Below, in pieces: positions 1-11,910 of a stretch of DNA of 63,332 nt. Under the pieces are notes generated by a model that saw only the letters and a list, made by a program, of their open reading frames with translations, ran no database searches and was not told the origin of the DNA. This DNA is from Vermamoeba vermiformis (Eukaryota): assembly GCA_045837725.1 (NCBI GenBank), contig JBEWZL010000286.1, positions 1 through 63,332 of the forward strand, in the 5' to 3' direction. The translations under genes were made by a program, and so were the position numbers. Within the stretch, counting starts at the first letter, position 1; each line of letters opens with the position of its first letter.

Positions 1-344
1 CAATAACACAAACACAACACAAACACCAAGAAATATGAGTGGCGACTTAGCATTCATTTTTCTCGTGATATTTAACCCACTGATTCGAGCTGTCTAAGGC
101 CAAATCCTTCCAACAAACTCGAGCCAATAATTTTCTAAACGGTAATTTGCTGTCCAAAAATCGGTTTTTTCGACAGCAAGCACAATTCGAATATAATACA
201 AATATTTGAGAATTTTTTTTCGAATCTAAATGAAAATTGGATCTGGATTCGGTGTTTAAGTAACGATTTCGCCAAAGAACTCATTCTAAATAATCAATTA
301 GTCCAAAAAGGCCACACAAGCATTTTTTTCTTTTAAATCAATTC

Positions 345-1820
345 ATGTATCGAGTGCTCAACTCCATATTCATACTGGCTGTCATCCTGACCGCACTGTT
401 CAAAACAACAGCCGCGCAATCCCCCGAAGAGCTCGCGAATAATGGCAACGAAGACCCAAACATTCATCCGTTTGACCGAGAGAGCAATGTATTCGCTATT
501 CGTTTGCAAGAAGGCTCAACGCCCGCACTTGACGGCTTCATGAAGTTCATTAGGCAAGTACTATTGTCATATGCATAGTTGATTATTTAACTGCCCTCGT
601 CAAAGCAATGCTGACCGTGTTGCAGTTTCTTAGGTCTCGGCGTGCTCTATTTAGTCGTTGCTGCTATCTACTGGCTGTGCATTGACCGCACCCTCGGCAT
701 CATGATGGTGTTCATTGCACTCATGGTCACGTGGGTCAATCAATTCACCAAACTCGCTGCTTCATTCCCCAGACCTTTCTGGTACGCGTCTATGATGGCG
801 CTGTTGAAATATAGCTAATAAGTTGAGATCCAGATGTCAAAGCAATTGAATGCAGCGGAACAACTTTCGGCGTAAGTTTGCATGATTATTTCGTAATATT
901 GGTTTGCGCAGATCCGCACTGATTAGAATTTCCACCAAATTTCCGTCGAATCGCGTTAATTTAAACTAACAATTGCTTACTACTAGCTCCATTCTGGCCA
1001 CGGTGCTGCACCTCTCGCTATTCTCGGTGTGTTGGCCATTGTTTTGACCAAGCGTTATGCGCGCAAAGAAGCTGGAGCACCATCGCACTGGTGGAAGTTA
1101 GTCGTACGTGTCAGACACTATTGAGCCCTTTAAATATGCACCATTAACACTTGAACAGCTCTTGTGGTTCTTTATCTTCGCTTGGGCCTTCGTCACCAGT
1201 TTGGCACGTCTGTACACAGGAGCACATTACGCGATTGATCTTATCGTTGGTAAGTCAGCTGCGCACACATCTCAATCGTTACTTACTTACTGGCACTGTC
1301 CCCTGCAGGTATTGGCCAAGGTCTCGTGATTCTCGGTCTCTTCTTCGCCTGTCAATGGTTCGTGATCCCGTGGCTCTACAAGATTCGCTGGCGCGGTCAA
1401 TTGATTGTCGTTGCAGTCACCACCGCTGTGATGGCCGCGGTCGTGATTGGCTCACTGTACGTCAGTTATGCTAAAGGCATACCGGAGCTGTGGCATCAGA
1501 ACTATGTGTGCCAATGTGGCACTGATGGCTGGCGTCCGCAACAGCTCGTAGACACAGATCTGATAGTCGGACTGTTCTTCGGTCTGTTCTCAGGTCACGT
1601 GCTCGCGAGTCATTTCTGTGACTGGCAGGCCAGCAAGCCCAAGCAGTGGTGGAAAAGATTTGTGCTTTGGAGCAGGTCCATCAGCAGGTGCTGTGGTGAC
1701 ACCTGTCACCGTGTGGCTGCAAGTCCGAGCGATCACGTGACCAGTGTGCAGGACGTGCCCCCAATAGACGCGCTTCCGCTTGGAGCCCATCCAGGTGTCA
1801 CGCGACACTTGTCAAAGTAA
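345..1820 (+). CDS. PAP2-superfamily membrane phosphatase, possibly pseudogenised
   Basis: Spliced exons give a signal peptide and the PAP2 motifs KLAASFPRPFW, LHSGHGAA and ARLYTGAHYAIDLIVG. Intron 1 is GC-AG (554-625). I found no in-frame acceptor for intron 2 (~782-827), and after ~1666 the frame runs into unrelated-looking sequence, so the 3' end is uncertain. Confidence 0.7.
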
Positions 1821-2211
1821 GTACTGCGCGCGCACACAGCCTGCATGGCACCCCGTGAACTCACCGCGCACAGCACGCCTCAGACTGCAGGTGGTGGAGT
1901 TAGTACACCCAGGTGCAGAGTCTGTTTGAACAGCTCGGACAGCTCCCCCGCTCCTACTCCGGGCCTGCCTATCCCGAAGGCACGCAGCAATCCGAACCAC
2001 ACTTCTTGCCTGGTCAGAGCGACGGGCTGATGACAGGTCCGACAGCGCCAGGCCTGATGATGATCAATCCCGGTCCCATGAACTATCTATCTATATTTCG
2101 ATCTCGTAGTGGAAATCGACCTCAATTATATGATAGTGCATCATCAAAAGTGCATAAAAAAGGTGGTGTTGCGGTTAAAATTTATTATGTCTATATGAAA
2201 TACCCCATCTA

Positions 2212-3495
2212 CTATTCTATGATTAAGTTAGGACACTTTTGTTTCATTTTGTCTGTATCAAAAATTGGGCGCCGGTTGGAGTACCTAATGTAGCACAAAT
2301 TAGTGAGGATCGATAAATGCTGAAGATCGTGTGTTGTAAGTGCAGATGGTCGAGCTATTTGTAGCATCCTTAAATTGGTAAGGCTTGTCATGTGCTTGAT
2401 GTCACAGCTTTGCACAACTTCACAATTATCAAGCCACAAACTCTCCAACTTTCCCAATGCTGATAGTCCGTTCATTAATATGCTAAAACGGACATGGTCT
2501 TTCACTGTAATAGCAAGCTGATTCAAGTTTCGTAATGTTGATATTTGTTTAATGTCCTCGTTAATGCTTCCCGTAATGCACGGTAAATAAAGTTCCACTA
2601 AGTTAGTTAGACACTCTAAATAAGGAAAACTATTTTCAGGCAGATGAATATAAAGACATTTCAACGCTGTCAATCTAGTTATGTATTGAAAGGTGCTGAC
2701 ATTGTAAGTGGTATCTCTATCTACTGTAAACAGGAAGCGTTGTAAATTCAATAAATTTAGCTGGCACAGCTCTTTGAATCCCTTGCCAGTCACTCCACAA
2801 TTGTCCATAATTAATGTTCCCAGCACTTCTAAAGCAGATAAATAGCGAATACATTGATCATCAAATTCATAACATTCTGTCAAATCCAAGTGCTTGAGTT
2901 TGGTAAAGAGGCAAATTGGTTCAAAACTAATGGGCTCTCGATAAGTCCAGTAAGCCAACAATAGCGTTTCGAGGTTTTTGGTTGCGTGTCTAAAAGATAT
3001 TGTGTGTGCTCGTGTCAAATCAAGTGAGCGCAGTGCGGAAAGCTTTGAAAGCTGTCTAGAAGTGGAATCGGTGACATATTTGGTACTTGGTGCACCAAGA
3101 GCGGTCAAGTTTGTCATTTGACCCAGAAAAATCATTTTGTTGGACAGGTTAATTTTGTGTTCATCAATTTCATAAAAGCTAATGCTTTCAATCGATGCCA
3201 ACTGTTTTAAATATTGCAAAGAGCTGATAACGAGATCTGATTGTTCTTGTGAATCAGTTAGAACCTGGATTGTGCCATTGTCGCTGTAAACAACTGGAAC
3301 CTGGCGCAAGATTGAGCCATTAACGTACTGTATTCCACGGATATTCCACTTTTTGTTGACCAACAAAAGCCTACAAAACAACAATCAGCAGAGAGACAAG
3401 AATCGAATTTCCATCCTGAAAATTTACTTGGTTGAATCTGATGCATCTAGCAGTCCAAAAATGTTAGATTCTATTTCCGCAGGTAAAAAATCCAT
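2212..3495 (-). CDS. F-box/LRR-repeat protein
   Basis: Exon 1 from ATG 3495 (MDFLPAEIESNIFGLLDASDSTK) joins LLLVNKKW across one intron to form an F-box. Many LxxLxLxxC-type LRRs follow in ORF 2212..3384. Confidence 0.85.
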
Positions 3496-3781
3496 GTGCA
3501 GTAATTTTCCTTCAAGGGGTAGCGCGCTTTCTACCAAATTGACAATATCGAAAGGTATTGTAAAAATGCATTTGGGTATATTTGGGGGGCATTGGGAGGA
3601 TTATTGATGGAAAATCAATGTTTTGTAAGATTTTAATAAAATTTGATGTTGGCCCTTGAAATCACTTGCAAAAATCTGCAAATTTTCAATCATTGCTGCC
3701 CCATTCGGAAATCATTAGCAATTTCCAAATTAGGAAGGTTGCCAGCATACACAATGCTTTACAGCATGTACATACCATTCC

Positions 3782-4127
3782 AACTTGTCCCGTCAAATTC
3801 TGTCAATTACTAACTGTTTGCCAGAAAGCTCCAAGGTGGAAACAGGCAGTTAGTGTAACTAGCAAATATAACCATATATGGCAGGAGGTTATGGACATCA
3901 TAAGTGGACCTTTACAAAAAACAATGATTTGAACTTGCCGCACCAAATTCCGGCAATTACTAACGACTTCCTTGTTGCTCGTAATCCTTGTAAATTCTGT
4001 TTTTTAACTGAAATTTCGGGATTTGACAGTAATTACCAAATTAGGAAAGGATGGGGCAGTTGGCATTTGTTGCACCATGGTTACTAAAGTTGAAACTTGT
4101 CCCGACAGTTTTTATCAATTACTAACA
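3782..4127. repeat. Degenerate ~150-160 bp period repeats inside the TIR element
   Basis: AACTTG..C..CA.ATT/TTT...CAATTACTAAC units start near 3782, 3932 and 4095. CCAAATTAGGAA recurs near 3725 and 4036. Confidence 0.65.
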
Positions 4128-4623
4128 ATTTGCTGATCACTTTACTGTATTTCTATATTAGGCAAGTAGAAAACTCAGTTTTAAGCTGGGAAGTGCAAGG
4201 CATATAAATGATGAAGGGAAACTGTTAGTAATTGCCAGGTCATATGCACACAAGTGCCAAGAGGAGGGTTTTGCAAATGTCTACCTCATGGACCCCTGAT
4301 ATGCACCACAAATTTCCTTTTTAGGCTATTCCATGCTATATACTTGCTTTTTGCACTGTATTTGCCCTAGGAACACTCAAGTAAGCATCAGACTCCAATT
4401 CTTTTGTGTACCATGATCTGGCAACCTTCAAAGCATCAAATCATGATTACAAACCAGTGAAACACTTCCTAATATGGGTGCCTTAGAGTAAAGTGGGGTT
4501 TTCCCAGTTGATTTTCAAGAAAACAGGCTGTAACTTCAGCTCTATGGCATATTTTGATGTGCCGTTTTTTTTGTTCAACTTGCACTTCCATGTACTATGG
4601 GTTTTCTGAATAAAAAAATGAAA

Positions 4624-4691
4624 TATACCCAAATGCATTTTTACAATACCCTCTGATTATACCCAAATGCATTTTTACAATACCCTCTGAT
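4624..4691. repeat. Exact 34-bp tandem duplication of the right TIR end
   Basis: TATACCCAAATGCATTTTTACAATACCCTCTGAT at 4624-4657 and again at 4658-4691. Confidence 0.95.
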
Positions 4692-4703
4692 CAATACCGG
4701 TCG

Positions 4704-5824
4704 ATGCTGATTCCTTTAGACCGAATAATAGCAGATAATAGTTTGTCTATACATATAATTGGTGTTGTTGTTACCAATTAACGTAAGGCCTAGAAATGCA
4801 CGTGTATTTTCGGACAGAAACGTTCACTTTTGGGTTGCCGTGTCCGTCCCTCAATGGGCTTGGCCATGAACCTCATTCTTTCGTCATCAATGCAAAGGCA
4901 AAGAAAGTCATCATTAAGAAGTGAATTGACACCCTCGTTAGTTGAATCGCATCGATAGGGAAAACAAATCTGGATGCATCCAGATTTTGACGAACGCAAC
5001 TTGTCCAATCAACATAAGTGAACGCATTTATTTTATAATGTTACAAACATCCTTTGGTTTATTTGTTGGTGATACGAGTGGCCCATTAGGTGCACGGCCT
5101 TCGAGTTGGATGCAGCAATTCAATCCGTGTTAGTGTTGGCTGAAATCACGTTTTGCTAGGTTTATATTAGTATAAGGTACGTCAGCAAATGAAAAAGGCT
5201 TAAATTTGAATTTTTTGAATTATTTTCTATCATTCTCCTACCCCAGAGGTATTATTTCATTGAACGCGCTCTCTATGGGACACGTAGCAGATTGCGCAGT
5301 CTTGTGCTCCGTAGGATATTTTGCGCTATGTTCAGCGATTCGCTGCAATGAACGCTCAAGGTTCCACCGCAAAAATATCTCGAACTTGCAACTACCAACT
5401 CGTACCCGATGGATCGCAATGTTTACGTCCGAGTGTCAACTTCGCTCGTGCTGCGACCGCTGTGGTTCTTGATCCCTGCTGCCGTGCCTGTTGTGCCTCT
5501 TATTCCTGCATTCACGTGAGTCTTAAACACTGCATTATGATTGTACCAATGCCTAATATATATGTCTATGCTAGTCCTATGAACGAGTTCAGTCCGGTGC
5601 TTGCCTTTTGGGTAGTGTTCATTGCCTGTGCCATCGCAGCACTCTGGGCCTCGTTCTTCGGACCATACATTGCCAAGCACCATATTGAAAAGAAATACGG
5701 CAAACATCATGCTTGGGTGCGTGACTGGGTCGTTACGCGCGATGAGGTTGAAAAACAAGGTCGTGAACAGACTGCTGAAACTGCTCGTGACCGCGACGAG
5801 CCTCCTACTGTTGACAACGTTTAA
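4704..5824 (+). CDS. Hypothetical multi-exon membrane protein, 5' end uncertain
   Basis: Protein-like exons with plausible splice sites (MHVYFRTETFTFGLPCP..., MDRNVYVRVSTSLVLRPLWFLIP...). The last exon has a TM helix (PVLAFWVVFIACAIAALWASFFG) and stops at 5824. Confidence 0.45.
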
Positions 5825-5907
5825 GAGTATTACTTGAAGGCAACTATTGCAAATATTAAGGCGTTCCGAATGTAAATAAAATATTATTTATTTTCACTTT
5901 ATGGATC

Positions 5908-7187
5908 ATGAGTAACACAACACAGCCCTTATGGGCTAGAGCACTAGCAACTGTGCCTAAAGTAACGCCAGATGAATTCAAGCAACAATCGGTATTTACA
6001 AAGTGGCTTATAGTCACGCGAGCTGGCGTGTTGATTATGACATTTTTTTCTTCCGCGATCGCAGGCATCTTCGCTTTTAGATATTCAGAATTTAATTTTC
6101 TCTTATGGATTTTGGTGACGGTAGGCTTATGCTTGGGTAAGTACGCGTGGATAATATTTTTGTGAATTATTAATATTCAAATATTACTGAAAATACTAGC
6201 ACACGCGACGAACAATTTGTTGAACGATTGGATTGATTGGCAAAAGGGCATAGACAAAGATGATTACGTTCGACTACAATATGGCTCGCATCCAATGGTT
6301 TTGTTGACCAAGCAACAGATGGTAACAAAATTTTCTTCTAGAAGCCTGGACTTTGACTTAACACCCAATTTAATCAGCTGTATTATGTGCTATTTACGGG
6401 TCTATCGGCACTGTCCATCGGTCTCTATTTGATTTATTTGCGCGGTGCAGTCGTGCTGTATTTGACACTTGCTGGCGCGTTCTTCGTGCTTTTTTACACT
6501 TATCCGCTGAAATATCTCGGTCTCGTAAGTTCACTGCACTAGTACTGCCTTGGTACTACTCAGCACTGACTACCATTCGCAGGGTGAACTGTCCGTGTTG
6601 GCAGTGTGGGGTCCGTTGATGATTGGTGGCGCAGTGAGTGCGATGGGTGGCACGTGGCACCCTGAATTGTTGTGGCTCGCACTGCCTGCCTCGCTGGGCC
6701 CGACGTCAGTGTTGTTCGGCAAGCACATCGACAAGATTGACAAGGACCGCGCTAAAGGTAATACTTAATCTGCAATTGATCACGCGCTAATCGATATTTA
6801 CAGGCGTGTGGACATTGCCGGCCATATTGGGCTTCAATATATCGCGCAAAGTGGCGATATTGATGATGATTTGTCAGTACTACGTCGTCATGTTGCAGAT
6901 CTTGCAAGGTCAATATCACTTTTGGACGATGGGTATTGTATCGAGTGCTATTCCGGCATTAATGAAGACCATTAAGGTACGTTTTATTATTGAAACCATA
7001 AAAAGGATTGCACTCACGGTCAAACCAGATTTTTAACGAGGATCGACCAAAAGAACGTCCCAAAGAGATACCTGCCGAGATATGGCCGCTATACTATGTA
7101 GCCTATGCATTCAATCACAACAAATCATTCAGTACCATGTACGTACTCGGTCTGTGTCTCGATACTTTGTACATGCGCTTCGCATAA
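5908..7187 (+). CDS. menA: UbiA-family prenyltransferase, MenA/UBIAD1-like
   Basis: Six exons. Motifs NNLLNDWIDWQKGIDKDD, YTYPLKYLGLGEL and KHIDKIDKDRAKGVWTLP, with multiple TM helices. Confidence 0.8.
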
Positions 7188-7189
7188 AT

Positions 7190-7407
7190 GTCACTTGTAG
7201 TTGGCGAAACCGATTTTGATGTCGCACTCTTGATATTAATGCTTGATCATTGTCTCTTGTAATGCTTGCATTAGCTGCGGCAGCGACTATCGATATTGCG
7301 ATCCCTAAACAGGGACTGGCGGGAGGTGGTCAGTGCTTTGCAGCAAGGGATGAGAGTCTTGCCTCATTGGCTCCGATGAGGGATGCAAATATTTGCTGCG
7401 AACATTT
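7190..7407 (+). ncRNA. Box H/ACA snoRNA candidate resembling U19/SNORA74 (snR191)
   Basis: H box ATATTA at 7233-7238. A long G-U-rich hairpin spans 7241-7336. The 3' hairpin TTTGCAGCAA/TTGCTGCGAA carries a GAGAGT guide (7352-7357) complementary to ACUCUC of LSU helix 69. ACA at 7402-7404 is followed by TTT. The 5' hairpin is poorly resolved. Confidence 0.5.
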
Positions 7408-7483
7408 AAATACCATTTTTTTGCGCAATTTAGTACTTTCAATTTAAGACTACGACCACAACCACACAGCTTTTACTGAGCAA

Positions 7484-7747
7484 ATGTCGTCTAACACCCA
7501 ACTCCATGATGGGCCCAATACTGAAAACGATGAAGACTCCACTATGGAAAGGGTATTTTTATGGGTGAAGGACGCTGAAGCACCTGCCCTTGCCTCAGAT
7601 GGCATTCTATATCCGAGGTTTGTCACTCAAACTGCAAAAGGAAAGTTAATCGTCGCCAGCGTCCCGAACTCCATCCTCCCGAAAATACAGCGACGAGAAC
7701 TGCCCAACGTGCTTGATGCCGATTTGCGCGCCATCATGCTCAATTAA
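7484..7747 (+). CDS. Small hypothetical protein (87 aa)
   Basis: Intronless ATG-to-TAA ORF with an AAA context before the ATG and coding-like composition between AT-rich flanks. No family recognised. Confidence 0.5.
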   Translation: MSSNTQLHDGPNTENDEDSTMERVFLWVKDAEAPALASDGILYPRFVTQTAKGKLIVASVPNSILPKIQRRELPNVLDADLRAIMLN

Positions 7748-7815
7748 TTTGTAAATAATCTCCGGATGTAGAATAAAAAATCATTTGGTTGTAATTATCC
7801 CGGGAAAAAATTAAA

Positions 7816-10532
7816 TTACATTATAAAAACAAACGTTATAAAACCAAGGAAGAGCACCAGTAAGCTGCTAGTAGAAGGAAAAATAGCGCATCCATGGCTA
7901 GCTGCAGGAACAATCGTTGATGTTGGACTTTGTTGTTGCGGTGTTGCTGACGAGGTTGGCGAGGCTAATGTGCTGTTAGTTACCACTCGACAGGCTTCGT
8001 TTAATTAACACGTACCAACTGGCGGCACCACTTGTTTGCCTTCAACTGAATTGTCCAACGGTTTAGCAGAGACACCTGCAATGAAGTGCATTAGAAGTGC
8101 GACACAGCTAATGTTTCACGGTCAATTACTCGTGATCGAAGTATCGCCCGGCAAGTCAGTGTCGTTCCGCAGTGCAGTGTTGACACTCGCTGCTTGTTCG
8201 TACACAAAAGTCTCCGTAATCTGTTGACTCGAAGGCTCGCCGCTCGTAGTTGAATTGGCTGTGAAAAATGTAATGTAAGTTGCGCGTAACAGCAAGGATC
8301 CAGCCAGCTTACTCGGATAGACAGTCAATTCGGCCTCTAGTGCGCTGTCCTGCATCGCACTTCGCTTGACACTGATTGGTGCAATGCTAACTCGACCCAC
8401 ACTGATGCCGGTCACGAAACAGATCACGCGCTCAATGATGCGCAAATGAATAGGAAGGATTGCTCCGCTGGCCTTGATCGTGATGATCAATTTGAACGCT
8501 GTGACCACACTGTTAGGCACGAGTCCTATGCATAGTCGAGCACTTACTCGTAGGGCACTTGAGCGCAGGATCGCTCTTGTTGAATGTCAGTTCGTAGTCC
8601 TCCAACACCCACGTGTAAATATCAACGTCGTTCAGTGTCTGATAGTAGTAATTTGAAATCGGATAGGGGGCTACACGTCCAGGTCCAAATTCGGTAAACG
8701 GAGTCGTGTCCTAAGTGACACGTGTCAGCACATTAAGGCCAATCAATTGAGTGCTGTCACTTACAAGTGCGGCAAAGTCATTGCGATCGTACACGCGTGG
8801 AATGGTGATGGTCTCGCTCTCGAGATTGTTGTACGTGAAGTACATGCGGTCCAATGTGTCAATGCACTCGAGAATGGGAATGACACGTTTTAGAGGCATG
8901 GGCTCGAGCTTGAAAATGCCACCGTAAGGATAGTACACAGCACAGTTGTCACCGATGATAGGGTGCATCTAAAACAGCGCATTAGTCATCAATTAAGGGC
9001 CGGTGGTCGGTCGTACGGGTGAGGCCGTTGCTCGCTTTTTGGCGAGAGGTGCTTCGTAGACAAGTTTGATCTTGTTGCTCGCTAAGTGCAGACCAGCGAG
9101 TTTGTAGCCAGTAGAGCCACCAGTCAACAACACGTCATCGTTCACTGAATAGATGAGCTCTTGTGCTGCTAGCGCATTGTACGTGGTGTTAGTCGTGGCT
9201 TCAGTGAGGCACGTCTAGGCAAGATTAATCAACTGCTAGCTTATTATTATGGTGCCAGTTAAATACGCACTCCGAGGCCAGCGCACGTGCTCGAATAGTA
9301 CAACTTGCCGTCTTTGTAAAACTTGGCGTTTGTGGCCACAAAATTCTTAGTTGGAATGGCAGTGAATTGATGCGAAGTCTGTACAATCGATCAGTTATGT
9401 AATGAGCATATAGATATATAGTTTATACCAGATCCAGCAACTGCGCGTTTATGCCGTCAAATGCGATCAACTGATTGCCAAATATAGAAGGCGTGAAGTC
9501 AATTAACTGTTGTGGGGGCGTGTACTTGTTAATGACGGAGCCGTCAGGGGACTCGAACACTTGGTGCGTCACTTGATCAATGCCGTAGATGGTGTCGTTG
9601 TACACTGCCAGCAGCGGACCATTGTTCCCTGGATTCAATGTCGTGGTGCTGTTGAACACGAAAAATCCCGCACTGAGCGTGCTTCCAATTAACAAATTGC
9701 CGTAAGGCAGCACGTTAACGGCGTTAGCACTGACTATATTATATAATTGTCAGCGAATATTGTGACAAAAGGCAGCGCTTACGTGTCCAAGTGCCGATCT
9801 TGGAGAGATCAGTTTTGCTGTAGAGATACACATTGGAATTTGCTATAGGGACGATTATGCCTAAAGGATACATTAATATAATCAATTTATGTAATATCGA
9901 TGTATCATTACCTTCATCGAGAATGGTTGGGGGGCTAACTGGCGATCCTGGCAGATCAACTTGCCTTAAACAGAGCTTTTAAGTCCTTGCCGCTATAAAT
10001 AATAAACAAACTTACTTTAGCACCGTTAAATTCGCATCAAATTTATACAAAATTGACGTGGCACCAAACCAAGCGACGTAAATTGAGCCCTAAACCGCCG
10101 TCAGTGACACATCCGGCCAAATCATTAAATCTTACGTCAGCGTCCATAACAGGATTTTGGGTAATATATCCACTCGCTGAAAAGCTTTTGGTTTGCCGTA
10201 ATACCGTTGATCTTCCTTGGGAAACATCAGGGCACAAAACCTGTCATTTTTTAATAATTAATAATTTGATTATTAATACATATATTATTCTCTACGAATA
10301 AATGTAACGTTAAGTTAGCTCTTTAATTATTTGACAGCAACAAAGATAAAAAAATTGAATATTTTTTTAACTATTTCGAACGGTAACTTACAGGTTTATT
10401 CACCGCACCAGTTCGTTGAAGACTCGCTAAATATACCGGATAAGGTGCGTCACTGAGTTTAAAGCAGCTCCATACTTGTAACTGCAATAAAATAAAGAGT
10501 GCAACTGAAATCTGCACGAAGAGCCCTTTCAT
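7816..10532 (-). CDS. Secreted, probably GPI-anchored surface protein with beta-rich (propeller-like) domains
   Basis: Signal peptide MKGLFVQISVALFILLQ from ATG 10532. Many exons. Ser/Thr/Pro stalk followed by the hydrophobic C-terminus SSLLVLFLGFITFVFIM. Confidence 0.7.
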
Positions 10533-10758
10533 TTGAAGGGCAATTATAAATCCCTACTGCTGTTGTTGAATAGCTAAACAATTAGTTTAGAATTCCAAAA
10601 TTCTGCTAGCAACGTTACAAAGAAAAAGTAATTTCCAAAAAAGGAGATCCCCGTCCACTGTCCCTTTTGTCTCCAGTAAAGCTAAATCAGTGTTTAGCGC
10701 CTACCAATCGAACTCATTTGGTTTGAAAAAATGTAGGACAGCAAATTCATTCTTTATT

Positions 10759-11670
10759 TCATGCTAAGCAGGTATCTTTGGCGCACTGAGTCATAAACGA
10801 ATCAAACTTTCCATAAAGGGCTATAATCTTATCAATCACTTGAGCATTAGTTCCTTCTAACTTCGCTAAGATGATGTCAGTCTCCAAATTATGATACTCG
10901 CTGGCGATTTTGTCGAGCAGCTTCTTAATCTGTATTACTCGCTTTTCTTCGTTAATATTCGCTGCTGATTTATCTTGAATGCTGTAGTTTGTTGCCTTAG
11001 GTACTGCATTTGTCGAAACAACGTTGTTTGGAGGTGAGGAATATTTTGCAGCGGCAGTAAATTTTCCGGATCCAGGTGGCGGTGGAGGAGGAGGAGCACC
11101 GGTGGTTGCTGCGCTTACTGTAGGGACATTAGTCTGCGCTGAAGTTGGTAAAGGAGGCAAAGCACCAAATTGTGGCTGTTTGACAGCGGATGGTGAGACA
11201 AAAGGTTGCACGACGGCCTTGGGCTTTGTGCCCTCGTTCTGATGCTTGGTCAGCACTTTGACGAGCCAGTGGAAATTATAACGACGGGCAATATCGAGCG
11301 CAGTCTCCAATCTTTTGCTGGTGTAGTTGAAGTCCGTTCGAGGATCGTCCAACAATAATTCTACTGCCCCGTCCCAATCATAAGACACCGCCACCCACAT
11401 GAGAGCTGTTCTTCTGCTACTATCAACTGCATTAACGTCGCACTCTGGCCGGCTCAGAAATAGTTTCATCATCTTCTCCATTTTGTCGCGTTTCTCCGGA
11501 CGATTGAGGCCTTCGCGCACACAAGCAATTAATAGAGTTTCGCCACTGTCATTGAGACCATTAACGCAGTTCTTGCCGCTACTGAGAATGTTCTCGATGA
11601 ATTCAGGCTTGCCGTCGCGATCCACGATGTTGTTGTGCAGCCGCTTAACCATGAACCGATCTTCTGCCAT
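10759..11670 (-). CDS. Ankyrin-repeat protein with polyproline region
   Basis: Intronless 303-aa ORF with DVNAVDSSRRTALM and ETALDIA ankyrin motifs and a PPPPPPP tract. Confidence 0.85.
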   Translation of the reverse strand: MAEDRFMVKRLHNNIVDRDGKPEFIENILSSGKNCVNGLNDSGETLLIACVREGLNRPEKRDKMEKMMKLFLSRPECDVNAVDSSRRTALMWVAVSYDWDGAVELLLDDPRTDFNYTSKRLETALDIARRYNFHWLVKVLTKHQNEGTKPKAVVQPFVSPSAVKQPQFGALPPLPTSAQTNVPTVSAATTGAPPPPPPPGSGKFTAAAKYSSPPNNVVSTNAVPKATNYSIQDKSAANINEEKRVIQIKKLLDKIASEYHNLETDIILAKLEGTNAQVIDKIIALYGKFDSFMTQCAKDTCLA

Positions 11671-11910
11671 CTTGATGCGCTGTTGCGCTCTTCTTAGTTA
11701 ACAGACTAGTAATGCTTGAAAATTAAATTTGAACGGGAATTAAAGTTGTTGCGTAGGTGAAGGTGTCAAATCAATCAACTCGGGTAATTTTGTGGCGAGG
11801 CACAAGATAGAATTCCGTATTGTAACTCCCTGGTCAAGTCAAGGTGACCGTTAGGCGATGGATTTAATCCGATAAACTGTAATGTTTGGAAACCAGTCAC
11901 AACAACAACA

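Larger units (their letters stand above)
3554..4691. mobile_element. Non-autonomous TIR DNA transposon (MITE-like), about 1.1 kb
   Basis: Perfect 30-bp inverted repeat: GGTATTGTAAAAATGCATTTGGGTATATTT at 3554-3583 and its reverse complement at 4621-4650. No credible internal ORF. Degenerate internal repeats present. No target-site duplication identified. Confidence 0.7.

Noticed and set aside
3666-4087. ORFs inside the TIR element as transposase remnants
   Set aside because: Short, with no DDE or DNA-binding motif recognised.
7360-7385. U4 snRNA-like ATCGGAGCCAATGAGG on the minus strand
   Set aside because: Lacks the U6-pairing 5' end, the downstream K-turn partner and an Sm site; the plus-strand H/ACA reading fits better.
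9860-9875. GTATCCTTT on the minus strand as a third U12 donor
   Set aside because: It lies at the acceptor end of an ordinary intron (…GTATCCTTTAG), not at a 5' splice site.
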